A DNA stretch of 64,000 bases from Blasia pusilla (lineage: Eukaryota): positions 49,600,001 through 49,664,000 of the forward strand of contig CM114271.1 in the NCBI GenBank assembly GCA_050084515.1, written 5' to 3'. This document shows, piece by piece, positions 38,628 to 52,790 of the stretch. The position numbers and the translations under genes were made by a program. Every line of letters starts with the position of its first letter. The first letter of the stretch is position 1. Under the pieces are notes generated by a model. The model was given only the letters and a program-made list of their open reading frames with translations. It was not told the DNA's origin and made no database searches.

Positions 38628-40756
38628 TCCAACTTTACCTATACTTTGGCCTCCATCAGTAGGACTTAGAGTCATCCTAGGCAAGGGACATGATTGACTC
38701 GCGCTGGGAGGTAGCTCAGATCCTCCTCTATACATAAGCTGGGGTGGACCTCTTTGATAGGGATGTGGAGGATCTCATCCCCCACGCTAAGTTCATTGCC
38801 ACATGAAAATTAAACACAAGTTATGAGTGAATAGTGATACAAAACAAAGAAAATTAACCAAATATATGAAATCTATGAACATATACTTACAAATGAAACC
38901 CATGGTTGTTGTGAGGACACACTACTACCAGCCCACTGTTTGTGTGCTCCATAAGGCCATGAACCATATCCTTGCCGCGGGGTGCCGGGGAAAACCACCC
39001 ATCTAGTGTGGGATTCCATTGCATCTCACTAGATGGCCATGCCTCACTAGGATATGGTGGTGGAGGACCACATCGTCTAGATCTTCCCAAGGAAAAGTCT
39101 TTATTTGATTCTCTTAGTGCATTCCAACGTTGAGGTTGAAAAGGAGGACTTTCTCTAGCATAGTTCCCTCCGTGCATTTAGGGGGATTTTGGAAGAGATA
39201 CAAGATAATCAAGTAATCAAAAACAATGGAATTAAACTATTACCTAGTCAACCTTAACAATATTACCAAAATTTCTTGGACATTTCCATTGGAGAAAAGA
39301 AACATGCATAACCTACCCATGAATCTTGTAAGTGATCGTGATAAGGCAAATCTTCCTCTTGCCTATCATAATCATCCTCCTTGTTAGAGGACATAACGGA
39401 AATCTGATTTTGTGCAAAAGGAGTCAACGTGCACTCTTGTGAACTTACAACACTCTTAGTATCTCCCAATTCGCTTATCTCCTTTAAGCAAAGACTTTGC
39501 CTTGGTGGCTGTTCTTTTGCCTCTACAAGTATAGAATGATGTCTCTTTCTCCTACCAGACCCTATTACATTTGACAAACTTAAAAAAAAACCAACCATGT
39601 CAATTTTGAGATTTCACTCAATAAGGAAATGACACTACTATTCATGGTCTCCTTGTACTAATAAATATTCTTATTCACACTTACTATAGCAAACGATCAG
39701 TACTACCAAAGATGGCATCTTTGCAAGCCTTGATCGCCAAAATTTGTTGCTTTTCGCATCTCTTCATAAGGATTTGGTAACACTTTCTTCTCTTGGTCTT
39801 GTTGAGATTCACTCATGGAATTTGAGTAACTTGGGACACCTAAGTCTGGCCCTTCCATCACACAAAGCTCCATCTCTCGATGTAGGCTTAATGGCTTCCC
39901 TTGCAAACCTTGCTCAAGTTCATTTTGGGAAGTTAATGAAACCTTGAAGCAATGAATCACTTAGATCCACCCTATTAAGATCCTCCGCATCACTTGGATT
40001 CATGCTCTTAAGATCAACCTCATTTTTTTGCCCTTTTCCATCTTGGCAGTAAGTTTCCTCTGCAACCACTACCATATCTATGTCCAATGGACAGCGTGGA
40101 AGAATGTCATTATATCCCACTTTCCTCGTTGCTATATCTACAGCGATATTATCTAAGCTAGAATATGGAAGTTTCTCTTGAAATGGTTGCTTTGGCTCTT
40201 CTTCCACATACACACTTATAGGAATTATACTCCAATCATTATCAATCACATCATCATATATACCAATCCTATCCACCTGTATCTCACTAAAAGTGGATCT
40301 TCTTCTTCTTTTTAAGGACCACAATTGCCACTCTACACCATCTAATAACTCACCACTCCTCTCACATCTGCCTTCATTGGAGAGAAGTGCTTCTATATGA
40401 GCTCGGCTCCCTTTTAGATTGTGTGAGAACATGTCCACAATCAACTCTGGAAAAAAATAGAGCAGCCCTCATTGTCAAGGTTGTCAATAAAGAAACAACC
40501 TACATCAACCTTCAGAACTATGTACTCTTCAGTCAAAGCTTTCATGTTCAGACTCATCACTTGATGAGGTATCTTCCATACAAACCTGCACTGGAATTGC
40601 ATTTGCAAAATCCCTACGTGCTACTACGCGCAGCATGGGATAATGTTGTGGATCCAAATGCTGCCAACTATGCTTCTTTGATGTTGGCCCCAACACCTCT
40701 CAATTAGAACAGACAAGATCAAGATCTGCGTGATTGGATGAAGGAAATTTCAGTAG

Positions 40757-40960
40757 TTGAAGGAGGGGCCAAAACACATGCCCAAATATATGATATACTT
40801 CAACCCTATTTCCGCTAAGGGTTGCTACGCGACAGGCACATGTAAAGCATGTTATTGCCATTCATATTGTCTTCAAAAGGCCATGTTACTATCTCACAAG
40901 TGTCGAACTTGTAGACAAGCTTGGTCACAAAGACTATATCATCTCTTTGGCATGTCTTTC
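40757..40960 (+). pseudogene. Degenerate RING-finger-like fragment
   Basis: GCY..GTCKACYCHSYCLQKAM..HKCRTCRQAW Cys/His spacing, with surrounding frames broken. Confidence 0.35.
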
Positions 40961-42099
40961 CGTGCTCCTAATAGTAATGCACCACCAACGTATCGCAAAC
41001 GGACCCAAGAGCAAGATAATTTCACTTTCAGCTTGGGAAGTCGCAGCCCCCGATCAAATTACAACCCCGAAGTCAACATAGATGGGGTGGTTCGCGTTGA
41101 AATCCCATATCAGCAAAAGATCGATCAGGCTAGGCGAGCGTGGCTAGTCCGCTTCATTGACATGTACAATTGAGGGGAGTTTATTCACGGAACTGCCATA
41201 GATATCCAAGATCGAGAGGCGAAAAACTTCTTCTTTGCTCAAGCGTTGAATACATAAGAAGTTCAAGATTCCCTCAACACTACTCAACAACTTGTGCACA
41301 ACAATTACCAAAATCCATTGGTGGATGATATTGTCTTGAGGAGACTCGAAGATAATTTGGCTGGAAATACTATCTTGCTAGCTTTCTTATGGCAAGATAT
41401 TCCTCTAAGGACGGAAGGGGGATATCCTCAAACATACTATTACCCCCGTTATATGCAGGGAGGATCTTTTGGATTTTTGAGAGGGAGTGGGAGATGTTTC
41501 CAACATAGCCAATACAAGAAACAGATGATGGTGAAGCCGATCGTGAGTTGGAGAGGGTTGTTCCTCGTGAAGGGGAAACGCGCATGACTAGAGCTAGGGG
41601 AAGAGATGGAAGAGTTGGTGAGATATCTACACTAGTGTTACATATATCTCATGATGAATCAGATTAGATAGGGTGATTTCATATATAAATTTTGGTAATG
41701 TACATAAGTATGAGGTTCCTCTCAAAGCAATGAAAATGTGGTGTACCATTCATTTTTTTGTAAGAAATACTTCAAAAATTTTCACACCGACTCACATTCA
41801 CAAGTCTCCAAAGTGAAAAATTTTCAAGTCATCAACTTGTGAATATAAGTCAGTCATGAAGTGAGTTGGTGAAATGGATCAAAGTTTTCTCTAGGGTTCT
41901 AAGTCTATGGGTAAGGTGGAAGATACAATCATTGAAATGTTTGTTTGATATAAATTTAATTCTTGTGTTTATTCTATTAAAAAAATAGTTTACATATTTT
42001 ATAATATTTTTACTTCTACTTGATAAGGATATTTCATAAATTATTTTAGAAAAATCATACTATTAAGGGAGTAAGCCCTCACTAAGAAGCTACCCATAA

Positions 42100-45000
42100 A
42101 CTTTTGACCGGCGTTGTTAAACCTCTAATGAAAATGGAGTCCTTTTATTCCTTTCATTGACAGTTTCAATTATCATGTTCAATTGAAACTTTGTAAAAAT
42201 GATCCCTAGGGTGAAGCTTCCTTGCAAAGCTTCAAGTCTGATGGAGTTGTGACCAAAACCTAAAAAAATATTATACCATTTTTTGACCCGCGCCGTTAAA
42301 CCTCCAATGAAAATGAAGTCCTTTCATTTTTCATCTTGTCCGAGTAAGTCATCTTTAATTCAAAATTGGTAAAAAAATATCCTCTGGGTGCATGTAGCCA
42401 CCTTGCAAAGTTTCACGTAAAATGGACCAAAACCTAAAAATTTATTAACTCATTTTTTGACTCGCGCCCTTAAACCTCCAATGAGAATGGGGTCTTTTCA
42501 TTTTTCATCTTGTTCAAGTATCTCATCTTCAATTAAGACTTGGTGGGCATGATACCCAGGATGTATTTAGCTCCTTAGCAAAGTTTCAAGTCCAAGGGAG
42601 TTATGACCAAGACCTCAAAATGTATTCACTCATCTTTTGACCCGCGCCCTTAAACCTCCAATTCGAAATGGGTTCTTTCCATTTTTCATCTTGTCCAAGT
42701 ATGTCAAGATTCAAAATGGGTCCTTTCCACTTTTCATCTTGTCCAAGTATGTCATCTTGAATTGAAACTTCGTAAAAATTATTCCTAGGGTGTATTTAGA
42801 TCCTTAGAAAAGTTTCAAGTCCAATGGAGTTGTGAACAAAACCTCAAAATTTATTTACTCATCTTCTGACCCGCGCCCTTAAACCTTTACTTCAAAATGG
42901 CTTCTTTTGATTCTCCATCTTGTCCAAGTATGTCATCTTGAATTGAAACTGGGTAGAAATGATTCTCAGGGTGTATTTGGATCTTTAAGAAGTTTCAACC
43001 CCAATGGAGTTGTGACCAAAACCTCAAAATTTATTAACTCATCTTTTGACCCGCGCCCTTAAACCTCCAATTCAAAATGGGTTCTTTCCATTTTTCATCT
43101 TGTCCAAGTATGTCATCTTAAATTGAAACTTTTTGTAATGATTCTTAGGGTGTATGAAGATTCCTTACAAAGTTCCGAGTCCAATGGAGCTGTGAAAAAA
43201 ACCTCAAAATCTATTAACTCATTTTTGCACCCGTGCCCTTAAACCTCCAATGAGAATGGAGACTTTTGATTTTTCATCTTGTTCAAGTATGTCATCTTGA
43301 TGTGAAACTTGGTATACATGATCCCTTGGGTTAATTTAACTCCATCACAAAGTTTCAGGTCCAATGGATTTGTGACCAAAACCTCACAAGTTATTAACTC
43401 ATTTTTGACCCGCGCCCTTAAACCTCCAATGGGAATGGAATCTCTTGATTTTTCATCTTGTCCAAGTATCTCATCATCAATTGAAACTTGGTGGGCATGA
43501 TTATTAGGATGTATGTAGATTCCTAGCAAAGTTCAAGTCTAATGGAGTTGTGACCAAAACCTCAAAATTAATTAACTCATTTTTTGACCTGCGCCGTTAA
43601 ACCTCCAATGAAAATGGAGTCCTTTCAGTTCTCATCTTGCCCAAGTAATTCATCTTGAATTGAAAATTTTAAGACATCATCCCTACTATTGTGACCCTCA
43701 CAACCAAACAAACACAAAATAGGTACCAAGCGGAATATCAAAACTCAAGTGGACTCATGCTGCGATGATCGCGCTTTGGAAAGGCTTTTGGAAGGTCTCT
43801 TGGAAAAGTCCAAGAGACGAAACGCGGAACAAAGTTGTGCATTTCATGCATGAGTGGTCGCAACCAGGAAACCTACACCAAACGCAAACCAAGACTTTAG
43901 ATGAGTTGAGTCTTTGAAGGTTGGTTGCCAAAGAGGTGAGAACCAGTTTTGGAACACGACTAGCGGTTGGGGAATTTGACTATTTTTTGGACCATAGCAT
44001 TTAACCTTTAAGATGAATTTGAGACAAGTAAGGGCGCGTTGGAAAGCTTATCTTGAGACGCTTCCAACGCACCAAAGATCTCAGCAAACACATAAGTACA
44101 AGCTGAGATATTGGCCGAAAATAATTGTGAGAGCAATTGGGTTTAGGGCCAATTTGAGGGGCCCGGCTGTCTTTCCCTAAAGTTAGGGGGACCCCGGAGA
44201 TCCCTTGAAGTACTAGTAAGGGGGAGTCTCTCTGTGGATTCTCAGAACATGAATCCCACTTTGAGCACCAAACAACGTCTTAAGGGCACGGGACGGAACG
44301 AGAGTTTGGCGTTAGAACTCAAAACCCAAACCTGATCCAAGGGAGTGGAATTTGTACGCTACACTTGGATTTTGACCCGTAATTCATTTTGTGTGAGTTT
44401 TGGTTAGGGACTCATTGGATGTCCATTGGAAATTTGGAACCGCCCGACGCGAAATGCCGTTTGAGGTTCCTCAATCGACCAGAAAGTCTGTCCCAAGACT
44501 TTCAAGACTTGCTTGTGTTGTAGACCGCAAAACTAGGAAGGTTGAGCTTGATGAGAGACCGAGACGAGAACTCGGAAAGCTAGCAAATGCATGTTTGGAT
44601 GCAGATCAGGGTTGAGAGCATGACCTACTTAACGCATGCTTCCGCACCAACAAAGATTAACGTTCAAGGAGAGTAGGCGCATGACACCTAAGGTGTATGT
44701 AGATTCCTTGCAAAGTTTCAAGTCCAATGGAGTTATGACCAAAACCTCAAAATTTATTAACTCATTTTTGACCCGCGCCCTTAAACCTCCAATGACAATG
44801 AGGTCTTTTCATTTTTCTTCTTGTTCAAGTATGTCATATTGAGTTGAAACTTGGTAGACATGATCCTTAAGGTGTATGTAGATTCCTTGAAAAGTTTCAA
44901 GTCCAATGGAGTTGTGACCAAAACCTCAAAAGTTATTAACTCATTTTTGACCCATGCCCTTAAACCTCAAATGACAATGGGGTCTTTTCATTCTTCATCT

Positions 45001-46140
45001 TGTTCAAGTATGTTATCTTGAGTTGCCACTTGGTAAACATGATTCTCTAGCTGCATGTAGCTCGCTTGCAAAGTTTCAACAAAATATAGCTGTGACCAAA
45101 ACCTCAAAATTTATTAACTCATTTTTTGACCCGCTCTTAAACTTCCAATTAAAATAGACTCTCATGATTTTTCATCTTGTCCATATATCTCATCTTCAAT
45201 TGAAACTTGGTAGGCATGATCCCCAGGGTGTATTTAGCTCTTTCAAAAACTTGCAAGTCCAATGGAGTTGTGACCAAAACCTTAAAATTTATTAACTCAT
45301 TTTTTGACCCACGCTCTTTAACCTCCAATTAAAATGGAGTCTTTTGATTTTTCATCTTATCCAAGTATCTCATCATCAATTGAAACTTGGTGGGCATGAT
45401 CCCCAAGGTGTATGTAGAGTCCTAGAAAAGTTTCAAGTCCAATGGAGTTGCGACCAAAACCTCAAAATTTATGATATCATTTTTTGATGCACGCCCTTAC
45501 ACTTGCAATGAAAATGGAGTCCTTTCATTTTTCATCTTCTCCAAGTATGTCATATTGATTTGAAAATTTGTAGACATGATTCCCTAAGTGAATTTAGCTC
45601 CCTTGAAAATTTTCAACAAAAATAGAGCTGTGATAAAAATCTCAAATTTTATTAACCCATTTTTTTACCCGCGTCCTTAAACCTCCCATGAAAATGAGGT
45701 CTTTTCATTTTTCATCTTGTTTGAGTATGTCATCTTGAGTTGAAACTTGGTAGACATGATCCCCAGGATGTATGTAGCTCCCTCAAAAAGTTTCAAGTCC
45801 AATTGAGTTGTGACCAAAACCTCAAAAGTTTTCATATCATTTTGTGACATGTGCCCTTAAACCTCCATCTTGAATTGAAACTCAGTAGATATGATTATGA
45901 GGGTGTATGTAACTCCCTTGAAAAGTTTCAAGTCCAATGGAGTTGTGACCAAAACCTCAAAATTTATTAACTCAGTTTTTGATCCGCGCCCTTAAACCTC
46001 CAATTCAAAATGGGTTCTTTTGATTTTTCATCTTTTTCAAGTATGTCATCTTGAGTTGAAACTTGGTAGACATGATCCCCTAGGTGTATTTAGCTTCGTT
46101 GCAAAGTTTCGCATAAAATGGAGTTGTGACCAAAACCTAA
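42100..46140. repeat. ~180-bp tandem repeat array (~17 units), interrupted by solo-LTR-like insert
   Basis: Landmark ttttgacccgcgcccttaaacctccaat recurs every ~179-180 bp (e.g. near 42640, 43045, 43405, 44770). Confidence 0.95.
43690..44666 (-). mobile_element. ~1-kb solo-LTR-like insertion (copy 2)
   Basis: TG...CA ends; reverse-complement homolog of 18940-19942; interrupts the 180-bp array. Confidence 0.7.
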
Positions 46141-47049
46141 AAAATAAATTCACTCCACAAATTTATACTTTCCAATTTGACCATCAATATCAAAAACATT
46201 GCTTTATTAGCTAAAATGTTACAAAAAGGGATTCTTTGAAAATGACATTGGTAAAATAATCTTTGGAAAAGAAGTTTTGCTATGACTATTTACTAATATG
46301 TTTTACTAAAGTCATAAATTACTCTACTAATCTAGGTCTAAGGTTGGGTCTGGTGGATTAAGATGTAGGCGGTAATTTGGCGGCTCAAGAGTTTGAAGTC
46401 CGATGGATCGGCAACGATTTCCTATAGAAATTGTTTCATTATCGGAGGAAATGTATGAACTATCCATGCTATGATTGATGGGTTGAGAGTTTGGAACAAC
46501 ACGCATGAGAACATCATTATCATTAGGCTCATCAACTAAGTCCACTCTTTGAACGTTCAAAGATTGTGGAGGAGCATCTTGCATAGGTTTACAAGACTCG
46601 ATGGAATAATTTTGAATTCCTACTTGTGCAAAAATCTGAGGGTGTTGGTTGTGTTAGCTGAAGCGCTAGGTAGATTCACTTCTCTCAAAGTCCTCCGTTG
46701 TTGCTCTTGGGCGTGCTCTCGAATCCAATGTTCCATTACATTATCATCTTCGTCTCTTCCAGGCCCGTCGGAGTCAACATTTTGAGTGTTGCCGATATGA
46801 GTATCCTGATTCCCTTTGATGCCAACGTGCCATAATTTCCAGATAGCAGATCCACATCCTCTAGGTCCTCATCTTGCAAGTTGAGGTTATCTTCATGATT
46901 ACCATCACGGTTTCGTGCATGTAAGCTAGACTCACTACTATCTTCTACAACCCTTCTAGCTTGTTCTTGTCCATCCCTTTCAAAAATTATTTCTCGTACA
47001 TGAGTCCTTGTCTTGATTTCTGAGAAACAACCTTGTCTCCAAACCTTGA

Positions 47050-47262
47050 GTTTATGTAGATGTACACCAAATCTCTAGCACGCTCATTGGTCAATTTATT
47101 CCTATGCTTGTTGTGGATAAAACCATAACTACTCCAATTTCTCTTTGATGAAGAGGAAGAAACCACTTATGCTAATACAAACTTAGCCACATAGCGCAAT
47201 GTTGGTACACCTTGACCGTGCATGCTCCACCAATCAAAGGGACTAAGTGAATCGACGACTTC
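47050..47262 (-). pseudogene. hAT transposase C-terminal dimerisation domain remnant
   Basis: Minus-strand translation SPFDWWSMHGQGVPTLRYVAKFVLA*VVSSSSSKRNWSSYGFIHNKHRNKLTNERARDLVY. Confidence 0.85.
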
Positions 47263-47264
47263 CT

Positions 47265-47640
47265 GACAGATTTTTACTGACAAGATGAATTCGGTGGGGG
47301 AGATTGTCTGACACAATGGATCCAATTCTGTAACACATTCAATTGTGTTGCAATATGTTCCCGGATTTGGGAAGCAGAGGGTTGCGCATCACTTGAAACC
47401 CGTCGGAGTCCTGGTAACTCAGAAATTACCCGAAGCTTACCGAAGCCTGCAACCCGTCGGCATTGGACGGGTTGCACGCTTCTGCTAAACATTGTCGAAG
47501 CGAGAAACCCGTCGCTCTCCGACGACTTGCTGGGATACCGCTCCTTCTTGCTCGAAGATGCCGGAGGCGTGCAAACCGTCTGTTCCCGGCGAGGCGTGCA
47601 ACCCGTCGCCGTCCAACGGGTTGCGCAAGGGCGGATTGTG
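47265..47640 (+). mobile_element. Terminal fragment of the palindrome-rich element (third copy, opposite orientation)
   Basis: Reverse complement of ~29130-29560 (tttttact.acaagatgaattcgg...acacaatggatccaattctg), with palindromes. Confidence 0.8.
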
Positions 47641-47649
47641 GAAGAAACA

Positions 47650-50090
47650 CTTATGCTCAACAGGGATATGAAGTGGAAAGAGACCAGAACCTGTTACATT
47701 TGTGCAGAGAAGGGACATCTTGCTCGCAATTGTCCAAAGAAGTGGAAAAAGGAGGAGAATATACAAGTAAAGACTTTCAAGCATATCTCTAGGCCAAGGG
47801 GATATTAAAAGATGTTACGACACGTGACAGCCCCTACCAAAATGGAGTAGCTGAAAGGTTGAATAAAACCTTGGAAGAGAAAGCATTGAGCATGTTGCAA
47901 CATGCCAAGCTTGGTCAAGAATTCTGGGGAGCAGCTATCATGACAGCGAATTATGTGAGGAACATCAATCCCACTGCGGCCTTGAAGAATGTAACTCCAT
48001 AAGAGTGCTGGTCTGGTAAGAAACCTCACATTTCTAGATTGAAAGTGTTTGGTTGTGTTGGCTATGCCCTCACCTCTGATACACAAAGGAGGAAACTAGA
48101 TGCAAAGGCTGAAAAGTACATATTTGTTGGGTATGAAGAAGGGCTGAAAAGATACATGTTGTATAATCCTAGAACCTGCAAGGCAATTCGAAGCAATGAT
48201 GTGACTTTTGATGAGAAGAGTTTTTGGAAAGACTCTGAGCACAAAGAGTCAATGGTCACCAGAGTGGTGCCAGTAATCACTTTTTTTGTCACTCTTGTAA
48301 TCATCCCTATAGTGTCAAACTCACATCAAAATGCTAATAAGGAAGAAGTATCAAAGGATACACTTGCAGAATGTAGTGGAGGATTAGATATTTGCACCCA
48401 AGGTGTAAGAGAGGAAGATCATGTTGAAAATGGTCAGCCTATGAAGGTGTATAAAGGAGAAGTGCAACCAAGCAAGTTATAGAGGCACATGAGTCCACAG
48501 AGGGAGTGATCAAGGAGATCTCAGAGCAAAGGAGATCCAGAAAAATTTCCAAACCTGTAGAAAGGTTGGGGATAAATGAAGCTCATGCTATTGAAGAAGG
48601 AGTTGTAGAGCCCAACTCTTGAGTGAGGCTATGAGGAGGAATGATTCGAAACAGTGGGAGCAGGCTGTGGCAGAAGAAAAGGTCTCATTAGAGAAAAATG
48701 AGACATGGGAGTTTGTATATTTGCCACCTGGTAGAAAGACCATTGGTTGCAAATGGGTCTTAGAATAAAAAGGGGACCAAAGAATGAGATCTTGAAGTAC
48801 AAGGCACGTGTGGTTGCAAAAGGATTCAATCAAGAGGGTGGCTTAGACTATCACGAGACCTTTGCTCTTGTTGCAAGGTATGGATCCATTAGAGTTCTCT
48901 TGGCATTAGCAGCTCAACAAAAGTGGGAGGTGGAACAGATGGATGTGAATACTGCATTCTTAAATGGAGAACTCAAATAGGAGATCTACATGGAGGTACC
49001 AGATGGATATACTCATCCAAGTAAGGTGTGTCTCTTGAAGAAAGCCCTTTATGGCCTAAAGCAAGCACCAAGATGCTGGTATGAGAAGATGGATGCTTAC
49101 CTGATCAGGAAAGGATTCCAACGTAGCAATGCAGATCAAGGAGTGTACTCCTTAGACTCCACTATGTACATAGCATAGTATGTTGATGATCTTCTGATGC
49201 TAGGAGGGAGCTTAGACACTGTAAAGAGTGTGAAGAAAGACCTTTGTCACAACTTTGAGATGGTTGATATGGGTCCAGCAAAGTGGCTATTGGGGATTCA
49301 GATTGAGAGAAATCGGGAAGAGAGCTGGATTCGATTGATTCAAGAAAATTATATAGAGAATATCTTGATCAGGTACAACATGCAAGATTTTAAGCCTGTA
49401 TCAACACCCCTAGATCCTGGCTGCAAACTCACCAAAGATATGGGAACTTCAAGTGACAAGGTTGACAATTTACAAGCACTATATCAAAGTGCTGTAGGAT
49501 CATTGGTGTTTGCTATGGTCTATACCAGAGAAGATTTAGCATACCCAGTTGGTGTCTTAGCGAGGTACACCAGAAAACCTACAATAGAACATTGGAAATG
49601 TCTGAAGAGAGTACTCAGATATTTGCGTGGCACAACAAGAACATACTTGGAATACAGGCATCAAGAAAATGGACCAATCTTGGAAGGGTTCTCAGATGCA
49701 AGTTGGGGAGATGATACTGATGAAAGAAAATCAACAAGTGGATATGTCTTCTTGTTAAGTGGAGGGATGATCAACTGGTGAAGTAAGAAACAAAGAACTA
49801 TTGCACTCTCTACAACTGAAGCAGAGTACATGGCACTTTCTCTTGTGGCTCAGGAGGTGATCTGGTTGAGGAACTTATTGAATGATCTTGGATATGAACA
49901 GATGACTCCTACATCCCTACAGGTTGACAACAAAGTAAGTATTTCATTAAGCAAAAATCCTGTTTATCATCATAGAAAAAAACTCATTGACATCAAACAT
50001 CACTTTATAAGAGAAATGATAGGAAGAGAAATCTCCTTGGTTTACTGTCCAACAGAGAATATGGCAGCTGATGTCCTAACCAAACTCTCT
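47650..50090 (+). mobile_element. Ty1/copia retrotransposon remnant (Zn knuckle, integrase end, RT, RNase H)
   Basis: [97 protein letters not shown]. Confidence 0.93.
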
Positions 50091-51544
50091 CTCGCCATGA
50101 TCATCGCCAACCAGCAAAAATTGCAGATTAAACCTATCGGATTGCTCTTCGTTGCTCCGTAGGCAAGTAAGCAAGAAACCCAAGGCGTTGAGTTCGTCAA
50201 TTTGTTTGTCCATATTCGTCTATCTTTCCATGTAGTTCACAGGTCGATAGAATCTACCAGCCCTCGAGAGGAAGAAGAAGAAACGGAAGAAGAGAGAGGA
50301 GTGCTTCCATATGACAGGATCTGCGGCCTGCTTACGAGCTTTGTTGCTTGAAACGGAGCCCGAAAGAGAAAGGGACGGACCACGAAGCCTGGAAGGAACT
50401 TGCTTGCTTGTAATAAAGTCTGCACAAGGTTTGAATACATGAAGAGAAAAAATCTCATTCCTTCCGCTTTCAAGTCAGCAAACCCACATAGCGCAAATGT
50501 AGATTTCTCAAACTCTTAACTCAAACTACAAACATTGGCGGAAACTCACCTCCAAGCTCCAAGCTCTTTCGTTTCTCGTTTGGAGGGGGATCAGCAAACT
50601 TTGGTAGAAATCCTCGCCTGCGAGAGAGAGAGCAAGAGAGGGGCGGGTGAAGGCAAGCTCGACGTTAGCAACGGCGAGGTAGACGAGGGAGCAGTAAAGC
50701 GGTGTTGTATAGTAAAATCAGCCAGTGTGTAAACTCCTTCCTCGTTAAGTGTTAGATAGAGTTTTATTAGTATTAAGTAAATTAGCTTAGGAAAGGAAAT
50801 TCCCATGTTTAAACCTCTTTATGGTGCCTCTTTTATGCGGGCCCAACTTTAGGAAAAGAGATAATAAATAAAGGACGACTTTATAAAAGTAAAGTAGTGA
50901 GGTTGGTGCTTTAATGAAAAACAAAAGTAGGCTTGGTTGGTGGCTAGGTTAGTTGGGGTAATTTGGAAAATATCAAGTGGGTAAAAGAGGATATTTTGGA
51001 AGAGATAAGAGGAAATCTACTTGTGTCAAAATGTGATTGGCCATACCAAACCCATCTTAGGGCTAGTCGATATGACCTCAAACATGAAGAACCCCCACTC
51101 AATCAAGTTCTAAGCAAGGTTGCAGTCCCTTTGGTGCCCAACTCCAAGGTTGTACCAAAAGATATGAGCGAGTCCATGAGATGGACATGTCCATGAACAT
51201 ACCAAACCAGGCATCGGAACAGGTTTTTTTTGGCAATGGAGTCACCTGTGCGGACTCTTTTCAACTTGGGAGACTCAACTTGTTTGACCCTAAACTTGTT
51301 TGCGAACTCATCTAGATCTATTTGATGGGCAATTTAGACAGCCCTCACAAGTATGCAAATGCCCATGGAATAGCATATACTTGGATGACACACATTATTT
51401 TCAATTCAAGTCTAACTTTCCCAAAATTCTAGGTCAATCCCCTTCCCATGTAAAACTGGTACTCAAATGTTCCTTGGAAAAAAATCTCATCTTATTGACT
51501 AGATTGACATTTAGCAACTATTAAGGAGGGCACGCAAGAGAGTC

Positions 51545-52232
51545 TGTCATATCACCGTGCATCATCCCCTAATCGTCCTCACCATGCTAACGAGTTCTAG
51601 ATGCATTGTGTTGATTTGGGCAAGGGTTACAACTCAAACCATATGCATCTTGGCTGAGTCTTCCAAGTTGATGTACCATTTACAAATAATATTCTACAAC
51701 AAAAAAATCCAGATAATAAGCTTTCTTCTAAGTTTGTCAAACTCTATGAACCATTTTGGTGACTAATGATCAATGATGAGGGTGACGGGGTTTCCCAACA
51801 AATAACACTTAAAATACATGAGAATGCATAATACAACCAATCACTCTCCCTCATATGAGTTATATTTCACCTTTGCAACATTGTTTGAGCGGCTAGCATA
51901 AGCCACTAAAAATTCTCTATCCTTGTTATCATGGTGGGTAGGTAATGCTCCAAGATCCAATATATCCCAATCAATATGCATCATGGAAAGACACCACTTT
52001 GTAAGCCTCATTAATAGAGGCGCAGACATCAATATGTCCTTCTGTAGTCGAATTTTTTCTCTTGCTCATCCCCCTACTGCCACTTCGGACCCATCTTCAT
52101 CAACATACACCGTGGCTTTGCACTTGTACAAAAATCCATTGATATATTGTCGATGAAAGTTTGCCAATCCCATAAAAGCGCGAACTTGACTCACACCCGT
52201 AGGGCGTGGAATGCATGACATAACCTCTACCT
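51545..52232 (-). pseudogene. Gypsy RT-end/RNase H fragment related to the DNMT-Gypsy family
   Basis: EFLVAYASRSNNVAKVKYNSYEGE and VRAFMGLANF on the minus strand. Confidence 0.8.
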
Positions 52233-52339
52233 TTTAACCCAAATGGTAAGAATTGCCATTATTATAGAAAATCCTTTCCGTGAAGTTCAATGCCTTTCAA
52301 GGAAAATGAAGTTCTGGCCCAAAGGTAAAAAATATTGAA

Positions 52340-52790
52340 GTTTTTGGACTCGCGCCATTAAGCCTTCTTGGAAAAGGGTCTTTCCAATTTCCATCTTCTT
52401 CAAGGATCTCATCTTGATCTGAAATTTGGGACACTTAATACTTAAAGTGTATTTAGACTTTCTAAAAAGTTTCGAGGAAAATTGAGTTGTGACCAAAAGC
52501 CCAAAAATATTTATGTGGTTTTTTTATTCGTGCAATAAGACCCTCTAGCAAAAGAGGGTCTTCCCAATTTCCATCTTGTTCAAGAACCTCATCTTGACCT
52601 AAAATTTGGGAAACTTGATCCTGAAGGTGTACCTAGACTTTCAACAAAGTTTCAAGAAAAATGGAATTGTGACCCAAAATCCAAAAATATTTAAGTGCTT
52701 TTGGGCGCAATTAAACCTACTTGGAAAAGAGGATCTTTTCGATTTCCATCGTGTTCAAAGATCTCAACTTGACCTGAAATTTGGGATATT
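52340..52790 (+). repeat. 2-3 diverged units of the ~180-bp repeat
   Basis: ttccatcttgttcaag..ctcatcttga..aagtttc..gagttgtgaccaaaa recurring at ~180 bp spacing. Confidence 0.65.

Noticed and set aside
37964-40444. Assorted short ORFs, possibly En/Spm-associated or retroelement debris
   Set aside because: No motif strong enough to support a call.
42100-46140. Centromeric satellite
   Set aside because: Unit length alone is not evidence. The array is short, diverged and close to a housekeeping gene.
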